From Gammaproteobacteria bacterium (GTDB lineage: Bacteria; Pseudomonadota; Gammaproteobacteria; Eutrophobiales; Eutrophobiaceae), in NCBI GenBank assembly GCA_965222155.1, contig CBDCTH010000012.1, positions 256,001 to 320,000 on the forward strand: DNA of 64,000 bases, given 5' to 3'. The position numbers were made by a program, and so were the translations under genes. Positions 1-10,261 of this stretch are shown piece by piece (position 1 is the stretch's first letter; every line of letters starts with the position of its first letter). Under the pieces are notes generated by a model. It did no database searches. It had not been told where the DNA came from and worked only from the letters and a program-made list of their open reading frames with translations.

Positions 1-26
1 ACTTTGTCCCTGTTTTAACCCGGATA

Positions 27-3000
27 TTACATCGACAACAGGCTGGCATTCCCGCCGATTGCCGCGCTGTTGACGGTATAGGTCTGCTCTGTGGTAAACC
101 GTAACAGGTAGTGGGGTCCACCGGCTTTGGGTCCTGTCCCCGACAGGCCGCAGCCACCGAAGGGTTGCACGCCCACCACGGCGCCGACCATATTCCGGTT
201 GACATAAACATTGCCGGTCCGTACCCGCTGGCGGATGTACTGCGCCTGGTGCTCAATCCGACTCTGAATACCCAGCGTAAGGCCGTAACCCAGGTCGTTG
301 ACCTGCTCCAGCAGTGCCGGTAGTTTTCCGGCATCATAACGCAGCACGTGTAATACCGGACCGAAGATCTCCTCCTTCAGTTCAGATAAATGTTTGATTT
401 CGATGATGGCCGGAGATACAAAATAACCCTTTACATCACCGACAGGTCCGGGTCCACGGTATATCAGCTTGCCGTCTTTCCGGGCTCCGGTGATATATTT
501 TTCAAGTCTGGTCTGCGCCGCCCGGTCGATGACGGGTCCCATGTCCGTATCCAGGCGGGTCGGGTCCCCGGTGACCCATTCATCCATGTGATTTACCAGG
601 AGTTCCAGCACCCGCGGCGCAATCTCCTTCTGCAAGCAGAGCACGCGCAGGGCCGAACACCGTTGACCGGCGCTGTTGAATGCGGATTGCACTGCATCCC
701 CTACTACCTGTTCCGGGAGCGCCGAACTGTCGACCAGCATGGCGTTGATGCCGCCGGTCTCGGCGATCAAGGTTGCCAGCGGGCCGTTCCGGGCAGCCAG
801 TTTAAGATTGATTTGCCGTGCGCTGCCCGTGGAACCGGTGAAGGCCACACCAGCTACCCTGAGATCGTAAAGCAGGGCATTGCCCAGGTCAGGGCCGGCG
901 CCCGGCAGAAACGCCAGTACCTGTTTGGGGATGCCTGCCAGGTAGAGAAACCCGGTGAGTCGATGCGCGACCAGAGATGCCTGCTCAGCGGGTTTGGCAA
1001 TGACTGTATTCCCCGCTGCCAGCGCCGCCGCTATCTGGCCGGTATAAATGGCAATGGGGAAGTTCCACGGACTGATACAGACAAATACGCCGCGGCCGCA
1101 AAGCCGCAGGCTGTTGACCTCGCCGGCGGGTCCGGGTAAATCCAGGTCAGCGGCCATGAGCTTGCGGCAGCAGCCGGCGTAATAGCGCAGGAAATCTACG
1201 GCTTCACGCACGTCGTCGTGAGCGTCACGCAGACATTTGCCCGCCTCAAGCACACACAGGGCCGCCAACTCAGCCAGGTGCGTCTCGACAATATCCGCGG
1301 CCCTCTCAAGTATTACAGCACGATAATCCGCATCGGTACGGCGCCAGGACGTGAACGCATCTGCCGTAATGGCCAATGCCTGTGCGGCGATATCCGGGGT
1401 GGCTTCCCATACTCGGCCGACCCGTTCCCGGATATCAGCGGGATTGTCTATCGTCCTGGATATGCCGCCCAGAGTTTTACCATTGACTATGGGGGCGGCC
1501 GTCCATTCACGCGCGCGGGACCGGGAGACACTTTCAAACAGCGGCGCCAGTTCCCCCTTATCGGCAAAATTGAACCCGCCGGAGTTTTTCCGCTCAAGCC
1601 CGAACAGGTCCGGCGGCACCGGGATGCGTGGATGGCGGGTTATCCCGTTATGTTGTTCCAGTGTGTCGACCGGGTCCGTGACCAGTTCCGGGATGGAAAC
1701 CTCCCGGTCTGCAATGCGATTGATAAATGACACGTTGGCGCCGTTCTCCAGCAAGCGGCGCACGAGATAGGGGAGCAGGTCTTCGTGCGCACCTACCGGC
1801 GCATAGACGCGACAGGGTATGTCAAGACCCCGCGTATCGGTCATGGCAGCGTACAGTTCTTCACCCATGCCGTACAGCCGCTGGAATTCAAAAGCCCGAT
1901 CACCCGCATGGTGATACACGTAGCTGACGGTATGGGCGTTATGGGTGGCAAACTGCGGGTATATATTCGGACAGTCCGCAAGCAGGTAACGGGCGCAAGC
2001 CAGGTAGGAAATATCGGTATTGCGTTTCAGCGTAAACACCGGGTAGTCCGCCAGCCCCTGTTCCTGGGCCTGCTTGATCTCCATGTCCCAATAGGCGCCC
2101 TTGACCAGGCGCACAGGGATCACGCGCCCCTGTTCATTGGCAAGCCGGTTGAGACTTGCCAGCAAGGTCAGGGAGCGTTTCTGGTAAGCCTGTACTGCAA
2201 GGCCCAGCCCGGTCCAGTCGCGTAGGCTGGTATGGAGATAAAGCCATTCAAAAACCTGAAGAACGATCTCAAGCCGGTCAGCCTCTTCCGCGTCGATTGT
2301 CATGGCGATTCCCGCGGCGCGGGCGACTGTCCCGAGGCGCAGCAGGCGCTCCGTCAACTCAGAGATTGCGCGGGCGGACTGGTTGGGTTCGAAGCGCGGG
2401 CACAGGGAGGAAAGCTTGACCGAAATGCCCGGGCGTTCCTGTCCCTCTGTCCCGGCGCCGGCACACCTGCCCAGCGCCTCAATGGCCCGCGTATAGGCGC
2501 GTTCGTAATGCTGCGCAGCAGCCTTGGTCATGGCCGCCTCTCCCAGCATGTCGTAGGAAAAACAATAATGGCGGAGGTCGCCCGTTTCACTACGCTGCAG
2601 GGCTTCATCAATAGTGCGCCCCATGACGAATTCGTCCGCCATTATTTTCATGGCAGCTTTCAACGCCGCGCGCAATATCGGTTGTTCGAGACGGCCCAGT
2701 AATTTACGCAGCAGGTCCAGCGCTGCAAAGGCCTCATCCGGTCCGGGGTAAAGTAATTTTCCCGTCAGCATCAGCCCCCAGGTAGACGCGTTGACAAACA
2801 GGGAACTGTCTTTTCCCAGGTGTTGTTCCCAATCAGCGGAGTTGAGCTTATCGGCAATCAGGGCATCCACCGTACCCGTATCAGGGACCCGTAACAAAGC
2901 CTCGGCCAAGCACATCAGGACTACTCCCTCGTGGGAGGACAGGTCGTAATGGTTGAGAAATGCATGCAGGCCGGAAGAATGTTGCTGCCGCTCGCGTACG

Positions 3001-3161
3001 GTTTCCGCCAGGGACCTTGCTGTGCTTTCAATCTTTTGTTTCAATGCCGGCTCCGAACGGGCCAATGGTAACAATCGTTCCAGGATGCTCCCTTCGTCTG
3101 CGAGGTAATCGCGGTTGATCCCGGCGCTGAGACTGCATGAACGATTTGCTGAAGACATCAA
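27..3161 (-). CDS. putA: Bifunctional proline dehydrogenase / P5C dehydrogenase PutA
   Basis: 1044 aa; FSYDMLGEAA, IDAEE, RLVKGAYWD, FATHNAHT, RRLLENGAN (PRODH) and ETGG, SAGQRCSALR, EEIFGP (ALDH). No N-terminal RHH domain, consistent with control by the divergent Lrp regulator. ATG at 3158 is an alternative start. Confidence 0.97.
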   Translation of the reverse strand: MMSSANRSCSLSAGINRDYLADEGSILERLLPLARSEPALKQKIESTARSLAETVRERQQHSSGLHAFLNHYDLSSHEGVVLMCLAEALLRVPDTGTVDALIADKLNSADWEQHLGKDSSLFVNASTWGLMLTGKLLYPGPDEAFAALDLLRKLLGRLEQPILRAALKAAMKIMADEFVMGRTIDEALQRSETGDLRHYCFSYDMLGEAAMTKAAAQHYERAYTRAIEALGRCAGAGTEGQERPGISVKLSSLCPRFEPNQSARAISELTERLLRLGTVARAAGIAMTIDAEEADRLEIVLQVFEWLYLHTSLRDWTGLGLAVQAYQKRSLTLLASLNRLANEQGRVIPVRLVKGAYWDMEIKQAQEQGLADYPVFTLKRNTDISYLACARYLLADCPNIYPQFATHNAHTVSYVYHHAGDRAFEFQRLYGMGEELYAAMTDTRGLDIPCRVYAPVGAHEDLLPYLVRRLLENGANVSFINRIADREVSIPELVTDPVDTLEQHNGITRHPRIPVPPDLFGLERKNSGGFNFADKGELAPLFESVSRSRAREWTAAPIVNGKTLGGISRTIDNPADIRERVGRVWEATPDIAAQALAITADAFTSWRRTDADYRAVILERAADIVETHLAELAALCVLEAGKCLRDAHDDVREAVDFLRYYAGCCRKLMAADLDLPGPAGEVNSLRLCGRGVFVCISPWNFPIAIYTGQIAAALAAGNTVIAKPAEQASLVAHRLTGFLYLAGIPKQVLAFLPGAGPDLGNALLYDLRVAGVAFTGSTGSARQINLKLAARNGPLATLIAETGGINAMLVDSSALPEQVVGDAVQSAFNSAGQRCSALRVLCLQKEIAPRVLELLVNHMDEWVTGDPTRLDTDMGPVIDRAAQTRLEKYITGARKDGKLIYRGPGPVGDVKGYFVSPAIIEIKHLSELKEEIFGPVLHVLRYDAGKLPALLEQVNDLGYGLTLGIQSRIEHQAQYIRQRVRTGNVYVNRNMVGAVVGVQPFGGCGLSGTGPKAGGPHYLLRFTTEQTYTVNSAAIGGNASLLSM

Positions 3162-3292
3162 TATCCTGGTTTAGAAAATATAATAATATTTTGTATTTTA
3201 GCAATTATATTTTTAATTATATTTCTATTAATCTATATTTATGAAATATAATATTTATATATTATGATTTATTAAAATTATATATCACTATC
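3162..3292. promoter_or_regulatory. Very AT-rich divergent putA/putR promoter region
   Basis: Almost entirely A/T between two divergent starts, typical of Lrp-family target DNA. Exact sites not resolved. Confidence 0.55.
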
Positions 3293-3769
3293 ATGAAAGA
3301 CCGGATTGATCGTATCGACCTGAAAATTCTGCGCGTCCTGCAGGGCAATGGCAGAATGTCAAATATTGAACTGTCCAGGCAGGTGAATCTCAGCCCCGCC
3401 CCTTGTCTGGCGCGGGTACGGAGGCTGGAAAAGGCGGGGTACATCAACGGTTACAGGGCGGAACTCAATCCCGAACTCCTGGGTTTATCGTTGCTGGCCT
3501 ACGTCGAGATTACCCTGGACCGGACCACTCCGGACGTATTTGAGCGGTTCAAGCAGGCCGTACGCGACGTCCCCGAGATCGAAGAATGTCACATGGTAGC
3601 CGGCGGGTTTGATTACCTGATCAAGGTACGCAGCCCGGACATGGATGCATACCGAAGAATTCTGGGGGAGAAGATCGCGACCATACCCGGCGTTTTACAG
3701 ACCCATACCTACGTCGTCATGGAGCAGGTGAAGGTTGCCGGGGAGTTGAATATCAGTATGCAGGAGTGA
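3293..3769 (+). CDS. putR: Lrp/AsnC family regulator (PutR-like)
   Basis: IDRIDLKILRVLQGNGRMSN, LSPAPCLARVRRLE, ECHMVAGGFDYLIK; divergent from putA. Confidence 0.9.
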   Translation: MKDRIDRIDLKILRVLQGNGRMSNIELSRQVNLSPAPCLARVRRLEKAGYINGYRAELNPELLGLSLLAYVEITLDRTTPDVFERFKQAVRDVPEIEECHMVAGGFDYLIKVRSPDMDAYRRILGEKIATIPGVLQTHTYVVMEQVKVAGELNISMQE

Positions 3770-3792
3770 GATCACAATGCAAAAAACCGAAG

Positions 3793-3808
3793 CCACCCTA
3801 TCGGGTAG
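3793..3808. promoter_or_regulatory. Palindromic operator box CCACCC-TATC-GGGTAG
   Basis: Lies 23 nt upstream of TATAAT (3832-3837) in front of the MalT-like regulator. The same motif recurs at 11733, 20262, 21995 and 22058. Confidence 0.6.
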
Positions 3809-3906
3809 TATTTCAGACACCAGGGGCATAATATAATAACCTGAGTGGGATTGGTTATCAAAATCCACAGTCAATAACACGGTTGCTTCAGGTTTACAGG
3901 CCAGAC

Positions 3907-6642
3907 ATGGGAAAGAATAGTGATAATCTATTCGGTGACAGGGATTGGCTTATTTTTGGAAAGTTCGAATCCCAACACAGCCTGATCTCCCAGGTTTCCC
4001 GCCCGGCGCTGCTTAAAAAACTGAACCAGTCTGCACAAGGCGCGCTTACCCTGGTTGTCACGCCGGCAGGTTATGGAAAATCTACCCTCCTCTCTCAATG
4101 GTTCAAAACCCTGGCCGGTTCGGACCACATCGCCGCCTGGCTTACTCTGGATGAAAGCGACCGCGTGCCGCACCAGTTCTGTTCCCATATCGTGCTTTCC
4201 CTGTGTTATACGGGAGCAGAGATGGGGGCGCTGGAAAAACTTGCAGAACAGGAATTTGTCGACGTGCCCATAGATGCGGTGATCCGAACCCTGTCGGCGT
4301 CACTGGCCAGGCAAAGTAAGCCTGTCATCATCATAATTGAAGATTATCATCGGGTAGGTGATAGCCATATCGACACTGTCATGGAAAAATTCCTTGACCT
4401 CTCCACCGGGTCGACTCACTTTGTGGTGAGTTCCCGGGAAAAACCCGGGTTCAATTTCTCCAGCCTCAAGGTCAACGGACTGGTGCAGGAGTTTGACAAC
4501 AACGACCTGCGTTTCAGTATCGAGGACACCTATCGGCTGTTTCCGGATGATTGCAAAAAGTCCGAACTGAAAACCCTGGCCAGGAAAACCGAGGGCTGGG
4601 CTGTTGCCCTGCAACTGGCGCGCTCCATCCTGGATAATGAAACATCACTCGCCAACGTTATCCAGAACCTGTCCGGCGTGACCGACGATCTTGCCGAGTA
4701 TCTCAACCAGCAAATCTACGGCGGGCTCTCCGATGCAATAAAACAGGTGCTGCGGCAGACTTCGATCCTCGACCGCTTCAACGTCAGTCTGGCTAATGCC
4801 GTATGTAAACGCATCGACTGCCTGGATATCCTCGACCGGCTTAAACGACGCCACTCATTAATCGTTTCAACACAACGGGAGACGGGTTGGTATCGCTATC
4901 ACCACCTGTTACTGGAATTTCTCAATAATGAACTCGAACGGGTCGAACCGGAACTCATTGCTACGCTGCATATACGCGCCGCCGACTGGTATGAGAATAA
5001 TAATTTTCCAGCACTTGCCGTCAAACACGCCTGTCTTGCCGGAAACCTCGCACAGGCTGCGCGGATCATGGAAGACTCCGGCGGCTGGGAGCTTATCCTG
5101 TTCGGCGGCATTCCGCCGTTCAGACGCCTCATCGCTTCATTTTCCATTACGGATTTCTCAAAATTTCCCCGTATCGAGATTGCCCGAATTTATTACCTGA
5201 TAAAGAATGGTGAAATCCTTCAAGCCCGGCGCTTCTTCAATCGATTGCTGGAGACCAACCAGTGCCTGCTTGTGGAAAACAGCGAAGCAGCCCGCGCATT
5301 ACAACGCGACAGCGTTTTGATCGGCGCGCTGCTGGACGTCTACGAAGATAAAATAACCAGCCGGGAAGGACTGGAGGAGATTGTCGGTATTTCGGTCAAT
5401 CTGGCACACTCCGATGCAGCCGGACACTCGATAATCACGGCCTGTTCCGCGGTCTCCGCACTGACCATCGGCAGCTTCAAGGAAGCCCTGGATTACGCCA
5501 CCCACTGCTGCCGGTATATGCGGGAGATAAGTTGCATGCAGGGTCTGAGTTACGCCTTGATTCACCAGGGACGCGCCTCTCTATACCTGGGCCAGTTCAG
5601 GGAAGCCGGCGCTATCTTCAGTGAGGCACTTGAGATGATTGAAGAGAATTTCGGGGCGGAGAGCAACCTCAAGGCCATCGCGGAAATTCTCACTGCATCA
5701 GCGGACTATATCACTGACCGGGAAACATTCGACCAGGAACGCCTCACGGGGGCGCTGGTCCAGATGGAACATTACGATGGCTGGTTCGATATTTACGCGG
5801 CAGGCTACGGGACTGTTGCTTCCATCGCTTTCAGGCGCGCCGGCCTGCCGGCGGCCAGAAATATATTACAACGGGGGCGGCGCATGGCGGAAATACGTTA
5901 TCTCCCGAGATTGAGCGAATTTATCGATGCCTGTGAATACCTGTACCTGGTGCGCTCGGGCGAATGGCAAGAAGCCAGAACGCTTGCGAAATTGAAGAAA
6001 ATCAGTTTCAGGCCGGACGCGACGAATTCCGTGAACTGGTGGAGCGCTCATCTCGTGGGCACGGCCGAAGGTCTCATGGCGCTCTCCACCCACAGGAACA
6101 AACACGCCCTGGAGGTAGCCGGTTCGCTGATCAACATCGCCCGGAGCGGCAATAACCGCTGGCACGAGCTGGAAGCCTCCCTGCTCATGTCCCTTGCGCT
6201 GCTTGCCGGCAGGCAGGACGAGCGCGCTTTTGCAAACCTGACGGACACACTGGATATTGCAGCCAAGGAAGGCACCTACCGCATACTGCTGGATTTCGGC
6301 AAACCCCTTGAGGAACTCCTGTCGCGTTTCTACCGTCGGCAGCGCAGCAACCTGCGTCTCAGCAGCTTTACCGGCAGTTTTGTAAAGGACTGTCTGGCGC
6401 GGTTTCACAAGACACCGTACCAACTCAGGGAAAAACCACCGGAAGCGCTCCTGCTCAGCCCGCGCGAACTCGAGATACTCCAGGAACTCGCACTGGGTTT
6501 TTCCAACAAGGACATTGCCCGCATGCTCGACATGACGGAAAATACGGTCAAATTCCATATGAAAAACATCTTCAAAAAGCTCGACGTGGACAACCGCATT
6601 CGCGCGGTGTCCACCGGCCAGGAGATGGGCCTGATCTCATGA
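3907..6642 (+). CDS. MalT-like (LAL) ATP-binding LuxR-family transcriptional regulator
   Basis: Walker A PAGYGKST, TEGWAVALQL, WYRYHHLL, C-terminal LuxR HTH LSPRELEIL...TVKFHMKNIFKKL. ATG 3907 preferred over TTG 3883. Confidence 0.93.
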   Translation: MGKNSDNLFGDRDWLIFGKFESQHSLISQVSRPALLKKLNQSAQGALTLVVTPAGYGKSTLLSQWFKTLAGSDHIAAWLTLDESDRVPHQFCSHIVLSLCYTGAEMGALEKLAEQEFVDVPIDAVIRTLSASLARQSKPVIIIIEDYHRVGDSHIDTVMEKFLDLSTGSTHFVVSSREKPGFNFSSLKVNGLVQEFDNNDLRFSIEDTYRLFPDDCKKSELKTLARKTEGWAVALQLARSILDNETSLANVIQNLSGVTDDLAEYLNQQIYGGLSDAIKQVLRQTSILDRFNVSLANAVCKRIDCLDILDRLKRRHSLIVSTQRETGWYRYHHLLLEFLNNELERVEPELIATLHIRAADWYENNNFPALAVKHACLAGNLAQAARIMEDSGGWELILFGGIPPFRRLIASFSITDFSKFPRIEIARIYYLIKNGEILQARRFFNRLLETNQCLLVENSEAARALQRDSVLIGALLDVYEDKITSREGLEEIVGISVNLAHSDAAGHSIITACSAVSALTIGSFKEALDYATHCCRYMREISCMQGLSYALIHQGRASLYLGQFREAGAIFSEALEMIEENFGAESNLKAIAEILTASADYITDRETFDQERLTGALVQMEHYDGWFDIYAAGYGTVASIAFRRAGLPAARNILQRGRRMAEIRYLPRLSEFIDACEYLYLVRSGEWQEARTLAKLKKISFRPDATNSVNWWSAHLVGTAEGLMALSTHRNKHALEVAGSLINIARSGNNRWHELEASLLMSLALLAGRQDERAFANLTDTLDIAAKEGTYRILLDFGKPLEELLSRFYRRQRSNLRLSSFTGSFVKDCLARFHKTPYQLREKPPEALLLSPRELEILQELALGFSNKDIARMLDMTENTVKFHMKNIFKKLDVDNRIRAVSTGQEMGLIS

Positions 6643-6659
6643 TGCCGGGAAAATAGTCC

Positions 6660-6684
6660 GGGGACGGATTTTAAATCCGTCCCC
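6660..6684. repeat. REP-like palindrome family A (GGGGACGGATTT-T-AAATCCGTCCCC)
   Basis: 12-bp inverted repeat; near-identical copies at 10433-10453, 57824-57848 and 59480-59504. Confidence 0.85.
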
Positions 6685-6708
6685 ATTTATTCATCATTCA
6701 CCCATCCA

Positions 6709-6752
6709 TCATTCCTGCTTCTGCAGAATGACGAACGGGGGTGCAGGAATGA
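6709..6752. repeat. REP-like family B (CATTCC...GGAATGAC) degenerate copy
   Basis: cattcctgcttctgcagaatgacgaacgggggtgcaggaatga resembles 10262-10354. Confidence 0.65.
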
Positions 6753-6771
6753 GGGATGGGGGATGTTTGTT

Positions 6772-7731
6772 TTATTTCTTGGTAATCTTTGGGCCGACGT
6801 ATACTACATAAACCGGTTCACCGAACTGGATGGGCCAGGAAAAATGTAACCGTAAGACTTTATGGCGCTCCTTGCCATGCCATGGACAAAACAGGAATTT
6901 TTCAGGATTGCTCGGATGCTTAAACGTCAACTTATTACAAAATTTGCTCTTCTCCGTATCAGTCGAATCAGAAAACAGCGCGTTTTCACCTTTGAAGAAG
7001 TCTTGGTAAATTCGATGACCTTCGGGTGTTCTTTTACCGGCCTCATCAAAGGCTCCTGCTAACTGGTCCAGAATGCTGAAAAGTTCAAGAATACGTTCCA
7101 TCGAACTCTTTGTGAATGTAACGCCTTCAAGAGGTCGAAAGCATTCGTTTGCAAAAGTCAGATTGCTGAATCGATGAGTCGAGGTACTTCCCAAATCATC
7201 CCATGACCGAACCGGCGGGATGGTAGTTGTTAATTCTTTTTCCAGTGAGGTGGCATCCCGCCAATTTTCGAGTCTTGTGTTTCGGTTTTTTAGTCCTTCA
7301 TCTTCCCGCTTCCAAATTACCTCAACAGGCGAGAAGTTCCAATCGGATGGGGTTATGCTGACCAAACCACATTCAACACTATGCAGTTTTCGATAAGCTG
7401 CTTCTCCCACGGCGGATTCAGTAACCACTTCCCCCCGGCATTCCAGCCACACATCACCACTATGCCGGCGAAGGTCATCCCAAAAGGGACCGCCACGTGT
7501 CAGCCAACTGATCGTAGCTCGCCGTTCGCTTTCACGAAGTCGCCTAAGCGCTTGCTGTATCGGCACGCCGGGCAATGGTTCAACCCTCAAAAATGCTCGA
7601 TGGCAATACACCTCCCGGCCGAAATGCTTGGCCATTTTTCGCATGGCCATAAGCTCTTGCAACGCTTTGCGAAAGGATGATATGTCATGAAATTGTTGGT
7701 GAATTGAAAGATCATTTGCGAACAGTTCCAT
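6772..7731 (-). CDS. Putative Menshen NsnC-type effector (unknown function, possible nuclease C-terminus)
   Basis: Third gene of a DUF262 / DUF3696-ATPase operon, 1 bp from the ATPase stop. C-terminal WHGK..LRLHF..VYVGPK resembles RNase-toxin-like folds (inference). Confidence 0.6.
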   Translation of the reverse strand: MELFANDLSIHQQFHDISSFRKALQELMAMRKMAKHFGREVYCHRAFLRVEPLPGVPIQQALRRLRESERRATISWLTRGGPFWDDLRRHSGDVWLECRGEVVTESAVGEAAYRKLHSVECGLVSITPSDWNFSPVEVIWKREDEGLKNRNTRLENWRDATSLEKELTTTIPPVRSWDDLGSTSTHRFSNLTFANECFRPLEGVTFTKSSMERILELFSILDQLAGAFDEAGKRTPEGHRIYQDFFKGENALFSDSTDTEKSKFCNKLTFKHPSNPEKFLFCPWHGKERHKVLRLHFSWPIQFGEPVYVVYVGPKITKK

Positions 7732-7732
7732 C

Positions 7733-8890
7733 TCAACCCCACCCGGCGAAGTAATTCATGTCCTTGTCGAACTGGTCAAAGAACCCTTCCGGCCAGGTAT
7801 CGATATTTCCATCGTTGTCCATAACCGGGCTCTGTACCTGTGCAATACCTTCCCGCTCACACTCATGGCGCGACAGGAAAAAATGCAGAGCGACCCTGTC
7901 GGGAGATAATTTTTTCTTTCTGACTGCTCTTCTGACCCCGTTCAATACATGGTCGCTATGGGTTTCCAGTATGACCTGCACCCCGGCGGCGGCAACTTCA
8001 GCCAGAAATTCACCCATCATTGCCTGCCCTGCGGGGTGAAGATGCACTTCCGGATTTTCTATTAATAAGAGGTCGTCCGGACCTGCGGACAAGGCTGCTA
8101 CTACTATCGGGAATACCTGCGTCAACCCGAACCCTGTATGAATGGGCCGATGGAAATCCGTATCATCGGAGGTGCGAATACCCAAGGTTACAGCATTGGC
8201 ATTCGGAACCTTGTCTATCGTCAAATCACAACCAGGGAAGAAATTATTCATTCTTGCTATTGTCTGATACAGACGCGTCGGCGGTTCTCCCTCGATCACC
8301 AGGTCTTTGAGGATGTGCTCATCACTACCCGAATAAAGTACGCTTACGGCATGCTCCCCTCTCGGCCCGACAACGGGCGCAAGCTGGGAGTCTTCCAACG
8401 GATAATATTCACGCGGCCCCAGCCTCTCCGCGGTAAGATAAGTGAGCCTGAGCAGGCATTCGATCAACATGTGAGTGTGCTGGCGCGCCGTCTCAGGCAG
8501 CAGGTGGTGCAACATCTCCGGATCAGTTTCTTCAAGGACTTCAATGCCACTGACTCCTACGTGTTTTACCACCATCGACATTTCGTCCCGTTCTCCCGTA
8601 AATTCCCATCTGTGATCTGCTATAAGATCCTGCAGGGCAATCCCGCAGGAGCGCCGTCCGTAAACTTTGTCGATTACGTCGGCTACGGTGCCAAGCCGAA
8701 CGACGGCGCCGTTGAGCATGAGACGCGACGACCATTCATGTTCCCGCATCGTTTGATGCAGAAGCGTCAGCGCCTGGATTATTGATGATTTACCGGATGC
8801 GTTGGCACCGGAGAGCAGTGTCAGGGGGCATAGATGCAGCTTCAACAATTTGAAGCATTTAAAATATTGCAGGTCTATCCGTGTAAGCAT
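7733..8890 (-). CDS. ABC/SMC-like ATPase with DUF3696 (Menshen NsnB-like)
   Basis: Walker A GANASGKS, TGFGLTQV, Walker B LLIENPEVHLHP, ETHSDH, C-terminal WPEGFFDQ. Confidence 0.88.
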   Translation of the reverse strand: MLTRIDLQYFKCFKLLKLHLCPLTLLSGANASGKSSIIQALTLLHQTMREHEWSSRLMLNGAVVRLGTVADVIDKVYGRRSCGIALQDLIADHRWEFTGERDEMSMVVKHVGVSGIEVLEETDPEMLHHLLPETARQHTHMLIECLLRLTYLTAERLGPREYYPLEDSQLAPVVGPRGEHAVSVLYSGSDEHILKDLVIEGEPPTRLYQTIARMNNFFPGCDLTIDKVPNANAVTLGIRTSDDTDFHRPIHTGFGLTQVFPIVVAALSAGPDDLLLIENPEVHLHPAGQAMMGEFLAEVAAAGVQVILETHSDHVLNGVRRAVRKKKLSPDRVALHFFLSRHECEREGIAQVQSPVMDNDGNIDTWPEGFFDQFDKDMNYFAGWG

Positions 8891-8901
8891 ACTGGATATC
8901 C

Positions 8902-10098
8902 TTAAGAAGAATTCGAATCTGAGTCAGCGACAAGGTCGGTTGCAAAACCGGTTGTTTGAGTGCCGAGAATATCCTCGAATATTTCACGCGTCATTTTGAA
9001 CCGGGTCTTTACCTTCCTGGTATCGTTTGTGCCAATAGTAATTGCGTTATGGAACTCCTCATCATAAAACAGATTACGGATGGTATCGCCAAGACGCTCG
9101 GCGCACGCACTGACCCTTGCTTCAGGGTAACAGGACAAGCCGGTAGACATAACATCCCAGAGTGATGCATTGAGGACGCTTCGCCGCTGCCGTTCCAAAG
9201 TGTGCTTCCTGAAGGCGTGTCGTTTGAACAACATGAAATTATTGGCAAGGCTCCTGCGTAATTCTCCCGATAACCGCGCAAGGTCAGCTTCCTCCATCAT
9301 GTTCATTCTACGCAAACATTCTGCGAGAAAAACATCCATATCGCCACGGTACTCATCAAGCCCGAGAAGCTGAAAAGCGCAGAACCGGTTGACAAATTCC
9401 CGATCGCGCATGATTTTCCAGTTCAGGCTTCCGTCTGTCACTTTCAGAAAAATTTCGGTTTTTGCTTCATCTTTAAGGAATCGAGTCGCCGGCCCCATGA
9501 ATAAGCTGTTGCGTATTTGCTGTGGTTTGAGTGCCACACCGCTGTTTACTCTGTCGAAGATATCCAGTCGGGCGCGCTCCGAGGCTTTTGAGTCAAGGAT
9601 GTAGAAAATGAGATTACAATCTTCGATTCGATTCTGGAGTTTGGACTCCAGGTCCGAGAACTTTTTGCCATTGAGTTCGCCGCGGTCCGGAAGGCGTAGT
9701 CTCAAACCGTCGGACACGAAGTTCTGGAACGTGGACAGGCGCTGCAAACCGTCTACGACTATCATTCGCCCTCCCTCATCTTCCGCGAGATAGAAGACCG
9801 GCAGGGGAATTCGCATGAGCACGGATTCTATGAGCTTGCTTTGCTTGTCTTCCTCCCAGATGAAATCGCGCTGGAAATCAGGGTCCATTACGTAGCTTCC
9901 CTTATTGATCCGCCGTATGATGTCGAAAACAGTTCGACTTTCATGCCGGATAAAGAGCGCATCAATGGGGTAATCACCCCACGAACCACCTCCTGAGTCC
10001 AGACCTTCGACATCTTCCACGTCAATAGGATTGTCTAATTGCTGGGATTCAGAAGTGTTGTCGCTCTGTGTTTCTTGCATATCAGTCTGCTCATTCAT
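8902..10098 (-). CDS. DUF262 (ParB/Srx-like) protein (Menshen NsnA-like)
   Basis: PDFQRDFIW, LIESVLMRIPLP, VVDGLQRL, IFDRVNSG motifs. ATG 10098 chosen; the ORF extends to 10143. Confidence 0.88.
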   Translation of the reverse strand: MNEQTDMQETQSDNTSESQQLDNPIDVEDVEGLDSGGGSWGDYPIDALFIRHESRTVFDIIRRINKGSYVMDPDFQRDFIWEEDKQSKLIESVLMRIPLPVFYLAEDEGGRMIVVDGLQRLSTFQNFVSDGLRLRLPDRGELNGKKFSDLESKLQNRIEDCNLIFYILDSKASERARLDIFDRVNSGVALKPQQIRNSLFMGPATRFLKDEAKTEIFLKVTDGSLNWKIMRDREFVNRFCAFQLLGLDEYRGDMDVFLAECLRRMNMMEEADLARLSGELRRSLANNFMLFKRHAFRKHTLERQRRSVLNASLWDVMSTGLSCYPEARVSACAERLGDTIRNLFYDEEFHNAITIGTNDTRKVKTRFKMTREIFEDILGTQTTGFATDLVADSDSNSS

Positions 10099-10261
10099 CG
10101 GTATCGTAACTTTGTTCAATAAATATTCACATATTTTACTCACATATCGATTTTGAAAGAAACTGCATGAATAAAAAACTCTGTGTCAATTCAGGGTACC
10201 CATAATAAGGGGTCGCCTCCAGCATCGAGTCATTTATTATGCTGCCGGAGGCAACTCCGCT

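Noticed and set aside
111-2702. Long plus-strand ORFs inside putA, and similar antisense ORFs across the window
   Set aside because: They are shadow frames of GC-rich genes with no recognisable motifs.
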